A DNA stretch of 64,000 bases from Cenococcum geophilum. Taxonomy: Eukaryota. Made by a program: the position numbers and the translations under genes. The stretch is taken from NCBI GenBank assembly GCA_050273025.1, contig CP158635.1, positions 32,178,001-32,242,000 on the forward strand. Reading direction: 5' to 3'. The first letter of the stretch is position 1, and every line of letters starts with the position of its first letter. Positions 41,001 to 52,553 of this stretch are shown here, piece by piece. The notes below the pieces were generated by a model. It was not told the DNA's origin, ran no database searches, and worked only from the letters and a program-made list of their open reading frames with translations.

Positions 41001-44000
41001 CTAGCGTCCTTTAGTTTTAAAAAAATAATCTTATATACGTGGCGTAATGGCGTATAATATCATTCCACTTTTTTAATACTATTATATGCCTTAACGGGGA
41101 CTTCCTTAACTTTAATTGCTATTACCTTTATCTATTATTGGAACTCTATAAATAAGAAGTTCTTTTCTATATTATAGACAATTTAATTAGGGGGTTCTAA
41201 ATAGATATTAATCTAGTATAACTAAAGGGTATCCTATACGTTTCTAACTAATATATCTTTTAAGAAATGCGTAGCTTAGAAGGAGGTTAAGAAGTTAATA
41301 ACTTAGAGTACTGGCTTGCCGCTAAGATATATAACGTTAATAATAATATAGAAGTTAAAGTTGTAGTTATTCTTAAGGGTAAACTTAAATCGGCTAGGGG
41401 ACTTCTAGTTTATTTAGTAGTAATAGCAGTACTTTATAAGATGCTTAATTGCCTTAACCTTAACTTTATAGCCTACTTGCTAAAGAACCCTAAGTAATTA
41501 ATAAACGGATGGGTAGCCAAAACGACGGTGCAGTTAGCGTAATTCTAACTTAATTAAGTAGCTCTAAGTAACACTCGTTTCTAGTTAATAAAGAAGCAAC
41601 TAGGGGTAACCCTACTTACGCATAATAGGCACCTAATTGTCTCCCTAAATAAGTATATTCTTAAAGTTATTAAGCCTAACGCCTAATTTATCTATATCTT
41701 TAATGCAAAATAGAAATAGAGTATTCGTAGGAATAATATAGAAGGTAATATATCCTAAGGGGGTTTAGACCCTAATTATACTAAGAGAGATTATAATACC
41801 TTTACTAAAGCAAATTATATATTAGCCTGCCGTTGCTTAGTTAATCTAAATAAAGCTATTAAGCTGCTAAAGAGCTTAAACTTAAGGTACTCCTGCGGCT
41901 TCTATATCCGGCATAATACTATAGAAGATGTACGCCGAGTATCTGTTATTAAAGGAAAACGCAAAACTCTTCTTTAGCTTATTAAAGATATCTAATTTCG
42001 TAATAGAATGGAATGTAAATTAATTATTAAGAACAGTGACGGTTTATATACCATCTACCTTACTATACTTAGTAAAGTATTAGTTAGGGGAGTAGTCCTT
42101 AATTTCTATATCCATAAGGAGCTATTTAACCTTATTAACCTCACCCTTAAGATCTTCTACGCCTTTGTATTAAACTAAAAAGCTTTAGAAGTAGGCTACA
42201 GTGACCTTATAATTTTTAACATTTTTTATACTCTAACGGAACTTATTATATGCCTCTTTTCGCTTATTAAGGGAGTATCTAGTTAACTAGTAATTTGGCT
42301 TCTTATAAACGTAATACTTCTTTTAGTAATTACTTTAAAATAAACCTCCACGAGGGCCTCCATAATTACCTTATAGTTAACATTAATTATACCCTCTTTT
42401 ATATTCCCTACTACGGCCACTATATATTTAATTAGTCTAGTTATAATCATGTTAGTTAGGAATACTTAGTTAGGTAGGGTTTTTAGTATAGAACTATTAA
42501 GATTTTTATATTTATATTACAGTACCTATAGCGGAGCGTAGCTTAGTATATACTCCTTTAAACGTGTCTATAGGTTTATATAGCGCTAAATTACACTTAG
42601 GAACGCTATGGTAGGCTAAGATAACCTAGTCCCTTAGGCTGTTCTTATTTTGGTAAGTTTTGGTAAGTCCACATTAAATTTTCTAAAGTTTATTAAAGAG
42701 TAGTTAAAGGCACTCTAAATAAGTCTTTATTGGGTTAGAAGTAATAACTCTCTAGAATATAGTCTCTCGCCATTTAGATATATAAAGTTAGCGATTTTTA
42801 TTAATCTTAAAGTGGGCTCTAGTAAGCTAAAGCATTATATTAAAGCTATAGTTTTTACCCGTAATATAGTCGTAATAGAATATTGCTGCTTATCCCTTTA
42901 ATATAATAGAGAAAGCGTAGTAGTACTAGTAGTATTAAATTTTAACCTTATTACAACAGTTATAGAAGACCTGTAGTTTTACTTTAAGTATATTATATAC
43001 TTCTCCTTTAAACTTCTTCTCTTTATCTAAATATACCTTTATTAAATTCGTAACTTCTTATAGTAAAGGGTCACCGGTTAGCTGGAGTAGAGGAGCTAAA
43101 GGTAGTGGAGGTAGAGAAGGAGTACCTCTAGGTAGAAGAGCACCTTTAGGTAGGGGAGTAGCGTTCTAGGGGTTTTGTTCCAAATTAAAGTTGCCTTTTA
43201 AAGAATATAGGTTGGTTCTAGGTTTCTATAGTTAACGTATAATCTTAGCTTCCGTCTATACTAGTTCTTCTATACTAGTAATAACGGCCTAAATATTACT
43301 AGTAATTGGGTTACTATTCTTTATAATATATACCCCATTTCTATAGAGAAAGTCTTAAAAATCCTAAATAATATTAATATTGCTAAGTGCCTAGGTATTA
43401 GCGGTTTATCCTACGAAATCCTCCCTAAAATATTCCCATAGCTATAAATTGGCATAGTATTTACTTTAGTAGAATATAATATGGTATAAAAAAAAGCTAT
43501 TAACTTATTTTATGGTATAAGTTATTATATTAAAGGTAAATTCGTCCTAATTTTTATTAATAAGTTTTACGTATAAAGCTACCCCTAGTGGTAAAAAGTC
43601 TTCCTAGTCGTTTAAAGTAGGCGTAGCCATATTTTTAGAGGGAGGGAAGTGTTATTAGTGTAGGGATTATTGTTTAGTACGCGTTCGTAATATATATTTA
43701 TCGTTTAGTACGCGTTTATAATATATATTTGCGATTATAGGGCTTAGGACTAGTTCTAGCCTTAAATTGCGAAGACTTATAAAGCGTGTTATTCTACGTA
43801 ATAGACGCAAGAATCTATAATCTAGAAAAGGCTTAGGACTAGTTCTAGCCTTTAAATCCTTAGATTTGTAGAAGAGTTCTATTTAAAGTTTAGGACTAGT
43901 TCTAACCTTAAAAGACAGCTTCCTCTAATATAAGTAGCACTAGTATAGTGGCTTGTCTCTTCTTAGTGGAATACCTAGCTATTTTATAGTATAACAGTAA

Positions 44001-45341
44001 AGTTAACCACTAATTAGTATTAGTTATATAAGGTAATATTACGTAGCTACGGTTTGTAGATAGTATAATAATTATTGTTCTGTATTCTCTTCTTAAGGGA
44101 GGGCGAGGAGCTTAAGGCTCCTCGCCACGCTAGTGCCGCGGCGGCACGTAACGGCAACTTGCCGCACGTAACGGCAACTTGCCACACGTGATGGCAATAT
44201 ACCTCATATGGTGACCACTTGCCTTTATTCCCAACAGTTCCCTAACTAAGGATATAATATTTATGGTTATTAAAGGGGATTTAGGGTCGTTTGCTATTTT
44301 AATAGTAGTTATTTTAACGTAATATGATATAAGGGTATAAAGAGGCTTTAGAGCAGATTTAAAGAAATAAAATATATTCTATCTAAAATTAGGGGTATAG
44401 CTCTTATAGAGAACAAGACGTTATATAAAAAGAGAAAGGAATAACACGAGAATTATATAATTAAATAGTTAGGGGTCTTAGTGGTCGATATATGCGCATA
44501 TATGCACGCGGTCTTTAACGGACTTTAGTAGAACTTAGCAGAAGTCGATTAAGCTAGCAGAATTCGGCAGAATTTAGTTAAAGCGTCGAAATTTACCTAT
44601 CGAGTGTTTTACTAAGACATTCCTACTGTAACTAGGCTAGTTCTATTATAACACTAAATAAACAGCTAGAATAGAAAACTTCCTATAAGATCGCTTATAA
44701 TAAGCCACTATCCTTTACCTATATATATATGGCTGTAAAACCTATATATTTAATTAATTAACTAAAAAGGGAGATAAATTAGCTCCTTATGTATTAATTA
44801 GATATCTAGTCGGCCATAATTTAATAAATATCTACTATATCTAGATTCTAAGTATTTATAAAGTTATTTAAACTAGAGACGTTATATTTAATAAGAACTT
44901 ATTCTATAACCCTAAAGGGTAGAATATTAACCACCTACTAAGGGATATATTAGAAGACACTATTTAGGCAATTAGTCTGCTAGAACCTCTCTATAAAGAT
45001 AAATTTAAGGATAAATTAATCCTATATATAGTTAATCTTACCCCTAAAGGATCTACCTCGAATATAGATTAAATAACTACCCCTAGATTAAACGATTTAA
45101 TAGAGCTTCCTATAAAGAATATTAAACAGTTACTAACTCCTAGTTGAACGGTATTTCTAGATTTACTAGAATTAAATACCTTACCGCAAGGACTTTGAGA
45201 CTATATTCTAGATATAATTAAAGTAATTTATATTTAACTAAGTAGTTTACCAAAACCGCCTAATTAAGTATTAAATACTGCTCTATATGCTAATAAAGCC
45301 TTAGCTAAACCTTCTGCCGATTTTATCCGACTAGAAGGATC

Positions 45342-45562
45342 TGTTTGTATCACTCTGCGTGATATAAAGCGTCTCCCGAGTGGTGAGTCTTCCACGGGGC
45401 ACGTAGCACTATAGACGTATAGTACTAGTGTGCTCTGTGTGGATGTGACTGACTTGTATTGAGTAGGCCACGTAGGCCTCTATATACTCTATGGAAAGGT
45501 CCAAGTGACGGAAGCGAAATAGCTTATATGACTAGGTCATGTGACCTATTTACATTCAAACA
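45342..45562. mobile_element. Solo LTR, 221 bp, inside H
   Basis: TGTTTG...CAAACA termini with TSD GGATC on both sides. Confidence 0.92.
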
Positions 45563-46542
45563 GGATCTAAATTAATTTAATATTAAGTACATATAACAGC
45601 ACTAGCCAATCTATCAATACTATTTAATTACTATGCTAGATTCGTTATAGGATTAGTAAAGGATATTAACCGAACTAGATCCTTACCTCTATATTAGGAC
45701 AATCTTCCTTTTAAACTAAAGAATCTAAAGGAGCTAAGAAAGTATCTATTAACTACTAGCTTCTAAAAGGCTATAGAAAAAGAACATTATAACCCAAAAC
45801 GTTAAGGGATATTTAAAACCGTACTAAAGAAAGAGGTAACGAGTAAATCCTTTTACTAAAATAGGTTTTTAAATATAAGCTTAATAGTAACGGCTATCTA
45901 TAAAAGCTAAAGGTTAACTATACGTCCACGGAGACTTATAGATTACTAAAGAAAAGACCTATGCAATAACCCTGGCTGCTTAAATATCCCGTGCTCTTAT
46001 AGCTATAGTAGCTGCATTCAATCTGGAATTTAATAGTGTAACGCTGTAAACGTATTTATAAACGCTAAGCTTAGTAAATTAGTCTACTACTACTACCTAA
46101 AAGGATTTAATTAAAATGGATATATTATAAAGCTACTTATAACGCTATATAGATTAAAAATATTACCACTACTTTAGTATAAAGAGCTTATTAGTATACT
46201 AGCTAAATTTAGATTAAAACTAGTCCCAGGTACTAACTACCTATTTGCTAATAAATAACTTATTATCTTCTCCTACGTAAACGATATTGCCATTCTATTT
46301 GCTAAAAAGGACCTTTAAAGACTTAAAGAATTTAAAGCTAAACTACTATACTAATATAAAATCCGTGTACTAAGAGACCTACAATAGTTCCTAAGAATTT
46401 AAATTAAATAAGATTAACTAAGTTAAAAGATCTAACCTTACTAAGATTCCTATATTAAAAAAATAGCTAATTAATTTAATATATAACTAGGAAGATTTCC
46501 TAAGTTACTACTTTTTGCTAAAAAAAACTAATTACACTCAAC

Positions 46543-46642
46543 TGTAACGTGTCCCGCCTTACGTCGCTATATGGCCAAAAAGACTAAGAGTGCTTGCGAA
46601 CTTATTATAAGCGCGGCGGGATCTAATATATGTACTCTTACA
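46543..46642. mobile_element. Very short (100 bp) solo-LTR-like insertion in RT of H
   Basis: TGTAA...TTACA termini, TSD TCAAC/TTAAC; removing it rejoins Copia RT-like sequence. Confidence 0.75.
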
Positions 46643-48363
46643 TTAACTAGTAGACAACCCCTTAAAGAACACTAGCCTACTAGTAATGGGTTAGTTCGCT
46701 TATATATCTTACTATATTTAAAAGACCTAATATTACTAAGATGCATTTTAAACTAGCTAAATTCCTTACTAATCTAAATTAGAAATACCTATTGCCTTAG
46801 AACAAAATTAATAGCAACTAAATACTTTAGCGAAGTATTTAGAGTATACGCCTGCTTTAGAAACCTTAAAGGAGAAGACATTACCTTTTATAGAGCATCT
46901 AATATAGCGTTTATAGATTATAAGGAGACTAGACAAAGTTCTTAAGAATATCTATTTATGCTATTTAGAGGATTAATTAATTGGAAAGTAACCTTATAAT
47001 AATTTATTGCTTACTTAACTACTAAAGCAGAACTTCTCTCCCTATTTACTGCTGCCGTTAAAATTATCTAATAGCAACGATTCTTCAAAGCAATTAGTCT
47101 AAATTTAAAACGTAAATTTGCCCTACTTTGCTATAATATATAAACTATATAATTACTAAAATAGGATATACCAAAACTTAACACTAAACCCCGATATATT
47201 GACGCCTTATTAGCACTAGTTTAAATAGGAAGTTTAAGACAAAATTTTAACGTTTAATGGGTTCCTATAGCTAAAATGCTTACTAATGGCCTTATTAAGA
47301 TCTTATCTTGTTAAAAGCACAAAGCATAAATAAAGCAATTAAATTTAGTGGATATTTAATATTAGATTATAACTATGTTATCTAATAAAGACTCTTAAAT
47401 ATTCTGCCGATTAAACTAACTAATTAGGATTTTCCATACTGGCATAGAAAATATTAACTCGCTTACTACTAGTGCCTTAGCGACCCTTGCGATATCTACT
47501 TTTATTACTCTAAAATTATATCTAAATTTCCTATTTTAGTACAGTCTCTACCTTTATTTTTATTTTCTATGGTTTTAACTATATCGTTAAATCTGGGGGG
47601 GGGGTGTAACCGACTACTAGTACTAAAGCTTGCGCTACCTTATGATTTACTATCCTGTTTCTTGCCATCGCATATCTTACTACTTATTTCCATTACCTAT
47701 CACCGACTAAGTGGCACTGTCTACAGTGGAGATTGGAGATTATTGTCGTTAGCCTTTTGCTACCTACCTTGTGTATATATAGAGACTCTAGAGCTATATT
47801 TATAATTAAGTCGTTTATTTAATACCCACACTGCAAAGCTTACACTTTAACTCTATAATGACTTAGGTAGTTAAAAAGCTTTCTACTATATTAATATAGA
47901 GGTTCTTAATCTAACGACGTCTCTTTTATATATAGTTTAGAATAAGTAAGTTTATCTCCCTAACTTCCAGCGTCCATTCCAGCGTCCGTTCTCTTGCAAG
48001 CATATCCATAGACACTCTAGTCTCTGCATTCGTGTACGGGGCAATACGGAAGAGTAGAGACCGTAGGCTTAGGCGTATTAAGCTTTGTCTACTTTTAGTA
48101 GAAATAGAAGCGAGATTATATCTTGAGCCATTTACGCCGTATATATATATACGAGGACGCCACGCGTATAAAAGCTAAAGAGCACCTGGCGTCGCATATT
48201 CCATATATTTGAAGATTATCTAAAGTTATCAATTAACGCACAAGCATCTTTGCCAATGGAGGTGGATTCCGTTTATAGGAGGTGGATGTCGAAATAAACG
48301 AAACTTTGTAGGCGGATTTTGTATTAACTCCATTTGGAATGCCCCTTGTTTCAAGGTTAGAAG

Positions 48364-49240
48364 ATGTATCTACGAACATTGAAGACAACTGGCAAGGTGC
48401 TACAGCCACTCATACTTATATCGCAATTGCCGCGCGAGTGCTCTCTATGTCAGGCTGTAAAGAAGTCAAACAGAAATTATTTTGAGCGCGGGTCATGGCC
48501 AAGTGATTTGTCGGTAACCTGTGATTTTTGCGCGAACCGTGGAGATGCCTCGTGTCGACCTGTGGAACTTTAGGAGTTACATCAGTCCTTGGTCAAACAA
48601 CTGATGTTTGAAGCTCTAATTGATTAACCAAAGACTAACGAAGCTGACGACGACTTCTTAATGCATATATCCCTTTTCTTCATAGATCAATCTTCACACG
48701 AGTCCTCATTTCTAACCTAATATATCCGGCTAACACCCCGAGGCTACAGACTGAATGGATTTCTCAGGCCTGTGCAGTGGATAACTAGCCAATTTTGTTA
48801 TAATCAGTCCGTTCAAAGCGAATGAATTTGCTGTCACTTTTTCGTCTGCACGAAGCGGTCACACTACATTTGTACACACCCCACGTCAGCGCATCCATTC
48901 CTTCTCTCAAAGATCTAGCCTTCTGTCCCATCCCGCCAGTCCACGAGAATTAGATGATTCCAAAAATCGTCACCCAAATTAACCTCTTCGCTGATCAACT
49001 GTGTCTCCGCTATATAGAGGAGTACATTGCTCTTTGCCGCTTTCTAGAGTAGGAGTTAACCAAGCCTGACTAATGGTCGCGGTTGAGCATGTGGCTTTTG
49101 TACTATAGTGTGGACCTGGTGCCGTATTTAGGTTAGGTCAGGGGTGCCTGTGACTCATCCACCGTGTATATATGATCTCTTTTCTTCGTAGATCAATATA
49201 CACGAGTTCGTTCGACACATAGTCACATGCAGAAAATGAG
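48364..49240 (+). pseudogene. Frameshifted C-terminal remnant of a DUF3638/DUF3645-type large fungal protein
   Basis: Family motifs recognised in order across frames: WPSDLSVTCDF/ARTVE, GFLRPVQWI, VIISPFKANE, VTLHLYTPHVS, QINLFADQL, EEYIALCRFL. Multiple frameshifts and stops; 5' part absent. Confidence 0.7.
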
Positions 49241-49574
49241 AATGTTTAACTGGAGGGTCTGAATTCTCACTAAACTTGAGCTCATCTCCCCAACGAACGG
49301 CTTGTGACAAAAGGGATTACATCAAGCAAAGACGCACTCAAGCAGTTGCGGAGCGTATTAATTACTTCGAATGGAGAATTGGGGGAATGGAATGGTGAGA
49401 AAGATAGGTTGAATTTTGTTAGCTTTTGGTTTGGCTGAAGAAAGATGATTGGATAGATGCTATTGTTGACCGCTAATTGGCACCAAAAAGACCGGTCCTT
49501 TTGGCAGCGCCAATTAGGACAATATATTACCTCAAATTCCGGTCGACAGCTATCAACCGTCGATTCTAGGATAT

Positions 49575-51144
49575 CTAGGTGCTGAAAAACTCCCAATCCT
49601 TCAGTATTTTCATCTCTAAGTCTCCCCAAGTCCCTTTCCTGCACTTTTGGCCAAATATTGCCTCTGACTGCCGTCCCCGACAGTGTTGTTCAAAGATTTT
49701 TTGCCTGTGAATCACCGCGAAATCCTTAGCTAGGTCGTCGCTACACTATATATGGAAACTAAGACAGAGATATTACTCACACATTCGACGACCAACTACT
49801 TTGCTCATCCAACCCAGGCCCTGCCTCTGAAGCCGAGATCGGCCGTCCATGTCTCGTAAATCGGACGTTGTTTACCTGCCCCATCGCGCTAACCAGGCTC
49901 TTTACTACGAACGCCACCTCCGTTGTGCGTACTTTTCTCACCTCAACATTTAATTCTGCTAGCATCAACTCCTTTAGCAAATCCCGAACCAGACATCGCC
50001 AAAAATGCATCTGTGGGTTGAGCGGCGGTTCTAAAACCTCAAAAACTTTATCAGGAACGAACCAGCGTACGCAGTAGGTCAGCGCAGTGGAGTCAAAGGC
50101 AAAGGAGAGTTTTCGGATGTGGGCGCGATTGGATGGACCAATACGGTAGAGGAAGTCTGTCAGATGTTGCTGCGTGAAACAGAACGTGGTTGTGCGGTAG
50201 ATCCAAGGAATTGTGTGGCACGTGATGGAATTTGAGAGTTTAAAAAGGGTTGATACAGGGCACTTAGGATCTGAGAACCACGTAAAGGTCAGCGTGTCGA
50301 GATGTTAAGAGCCTTTGCAGTTCGATGAATGACTGAGAAGAACGCGGATGTGTCAAGACTTGAGCTCGCATTTACCGATTAATGAGGATAGGGAGGAGCG
50401 GTTTTACGGAAGTTTCGAACCCGAGTGAGGGAGGAGAGAAGTTTTGGCATATAAAACAATGCTTCAGCTCCCCTCACCCTCAAGCGAATGAACCTGATTT
50501 ACCGCATTGTTACATTCGGAACACCCCAGTGCATGTGATAGATAAACCATGAAAGTAGGCCCTGATTGTTGTCCAGAATGGTGGAGGTGTATCTACTTAC
50601 CATTAACAGTGTAAATTTTTTCCCCAGGTGAAACCAATTCCTGTCTTCCTACTGCCAACGCTAGAATCTTTTGCTGCAGCTCTATTGGAAGCCGTCTAAA
50701 GCAGCCAAAAATTGGTCGAACAGTCACCCAGTCGGAATTGCTCGAGTCATTACAGGTCGAACTCGTCTTCTTTGGCCCAGTCTTCAGCTGGTAGTGGCGA
50801 TACTGGTGTAGCATAATTCCCTGCCTCCGCTGCAGTGCCGTAAAGTGCCTTGCAAACCAATCTTTCTCGCACTCCCATCCCGATCCGGCGCGCATAACCA
50901 TGCGGTAGTGGCCATTACTGTTGAAGAGTCGGACTTGGACTTGAATAGATGGCGGTGTTCCGTAAGCCAGGTCTTCAGGCCGAATTTCGCAGAGTACCGG
51001 TTGGCCAAGGCCATATGAGGCCGTAGGGTGTAGGGGGGATATTTGGCCTCGAAAATTGCAATAAGTTTGTCGGCAACAGGACCATAATTGTAGGTGGCGG
51101 ATGAATTGGCGCCTTTGTTGGCGTTGAGTGAGAGGAGATTCCAT
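49575..51144 (-). CDS. Conserved fungal hypothetical protein with F-box-like motif (FRRLPIELQQKIL); three exons
   Basis: Exon 1 51144-50601; intron GTAAGT..GCTGAC..CAG; exon 2 50270-49781 (DPKCPVSTLFKL..PWIYRTTTF..HFWRCLVRDL); intron GTGAGT..GCTAAG..CAG; exon 3 49704-49575. Splice phases are consistent. Confidence 0.75.
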
Positions 51145-52553
51145 TTGTAGTGTATCTATCGAACGTTCTTCCGACTAATGGACCGTTGTAACTTATATAG
51201 AGCCTCTAAAACAGCAATTTGATTTGATGGAATAGAGAAAATGTTGAATGGAGAAATGTAACTTCGTAGCTAATTGCTCCGCTCTCCTACGCTTGAGGTT
51301 GACCTTGTTCGGTGTCCAGAGCCTTATAACATTGGAATATTCTAAAATCTACAGTTCATATACGGCCTTTTTTGCTATGAGTGTACGAAGTTCTTAGGAG
51401 GACCACTTCTGAAGAGGAAAGAGCTGTTCTAAAGGTTTCGAGTCAAGGCTGGATTACTGACTCACGGAACGCCACAAAAGGCGCCTAACTTACAGGAACC
51501 TTTCTGTCATAAACCATGAGCCTACGCTCAGAGCGCAGAAGATAAGAACGCAAAGATCATTTGGCCGAGTTGCAGAGGGCATTGCAGCCTTGTGAACTGA
51601 CGTCAAGGATGAGCTTTAGAAAAGGTTGACAGGCTTTTAAAGTACACGACGGCGCAGGCAGACAATCACATTACTAGTGCCAAGTAGGCAAGAAAAGGAA
51701 TTAAAGCAATGTAAGCGGAGATGCAGGGTATATAGGTAGGCATTACCTGGCCTGAAGTCTGTACTGGCTACTATACCTGTAGGTTGATCAGCCTTGGAGG
51801 TGAGGCGGAAAAAGCACTGACGCTGTTGCCTGTCGCCTGTCACTTGTTGGCTAGTGGGCCTAGTCGTGAGGCTCGAGGCCCCCCACTTGAGCCCAATCCT
51901 TTTGTGGTAATTTGAAACCGATCCGGTTTTCAGGTTGAGCAGCCTATGCTGTGTATGTATATGTATTTCTTTGCATGCTTGATAGCCCTGACAGGAGGGC
52001 AACGTTCTGAGAAGAAGGCCTTGTAACTTAGTATGTTTTCGTTTAAAATTTTGTGGCTGGAAACCTGGATAAAGCGCACCCGAGATTTTTGCGAACATTC
52101 ATGAACAACAGCACTGCTCTCCTTTCCTGTCACCAAAAGAGCACAAGAAACCTGCAGACATCGTGAGCCGCCAAAGTATACTTAATCTTACAAGTCGCCG
52201 TGCATAACTCTAAGCCAACTTCCTTTACCTCTACTCCAACGACAGTCCGTCTATCTTATAGTTAATATTCTGGTTTTGCAGGAACTATATCGATGTGCCC
52301 CTAACTAACCGCTCGCCATGTAGTAGTAACTCCCGAAATCCCTCCAATAAAATATCCCTGATCAAAGTACTCGTTGGCACAGTCCCATAGCCAGGCGGAA
52401 GTCGTCGTAACTTATGGTGGAAATCTTGCTTATATGTTCTCGGGGCTGTTCAAACATACGCCGAGTCTAGATTCTCGGATGCTGTGAAAGACTCGGAGTT
52501 CCTCTAGGCCAAACGGCACCTTCGCTTCAATAGGCCATTTTCATCATCTGGCC

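Larger units (their letters stand above)
16956..44236 (-). mobile_element. Full-length Copia element F, RIP-degenerated, nested in gag of G
   Basis: 219-bp LTRs 16956-17174 and 44018-44236; TSD ATTCC/GTTCC. Copia order on the minus strand: gag ~43600-42300, ELR.LHRRFGYPS near 41530, integrase ~41400-40800 (AYNSI.KVE.YY.PLR), RT ~40300-18300 (KPLYGI near 18670), RNase H end near 17650. Confidence 0.94.
13741..44653 (-). mobile_element. Gypsy element G, 3'-truncated after RT, host of F, a solo LTR and a MITE
   Basis: RT remnants 13741-15100 (MDPKKV, AYINNILIY for AYIDD, GFIRPS), protease LINSGAT near 15710, gag ~15900-16955 resuming at 44242. 5' LTR ~44268-44653, homologous to the split LTR at 57858-60953. 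Confidence 0.82.
44654..47844 (+). mobile_element. 3' half of Copia element H, RIP-degenerated
   Basis: Integrase C-terminus (GYLVG..STNIY-like, TRDVIFN) ~44800-44895; RT ~45850-46800 (LYVHGDL, TLYRLK, YVNDI); RNase H to ~47360; G-run PPT then 3' LTR 47605-47844 (TGTAAC...CTTACA). 5' half not in the window. Confidence 0.9.

Noticed and set aside
49282..49644. 120-aa ORF as a separate gene
   Set aside because: GTG start; overlaps the last exon and 3' UTR of the F-box-like gene in another frame.
50440..50540. TPP riboswitch-like GAACCTGAT in an intron
   Set aside because: On the wrong strand for the host gene and lacks the remaining aptamer core.
51637..52136. 153-aa and 68-aa minus-strand ORFs
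   Set aside because: No recognisable motifs or convincing gene structure; probably intergenic or UTR.
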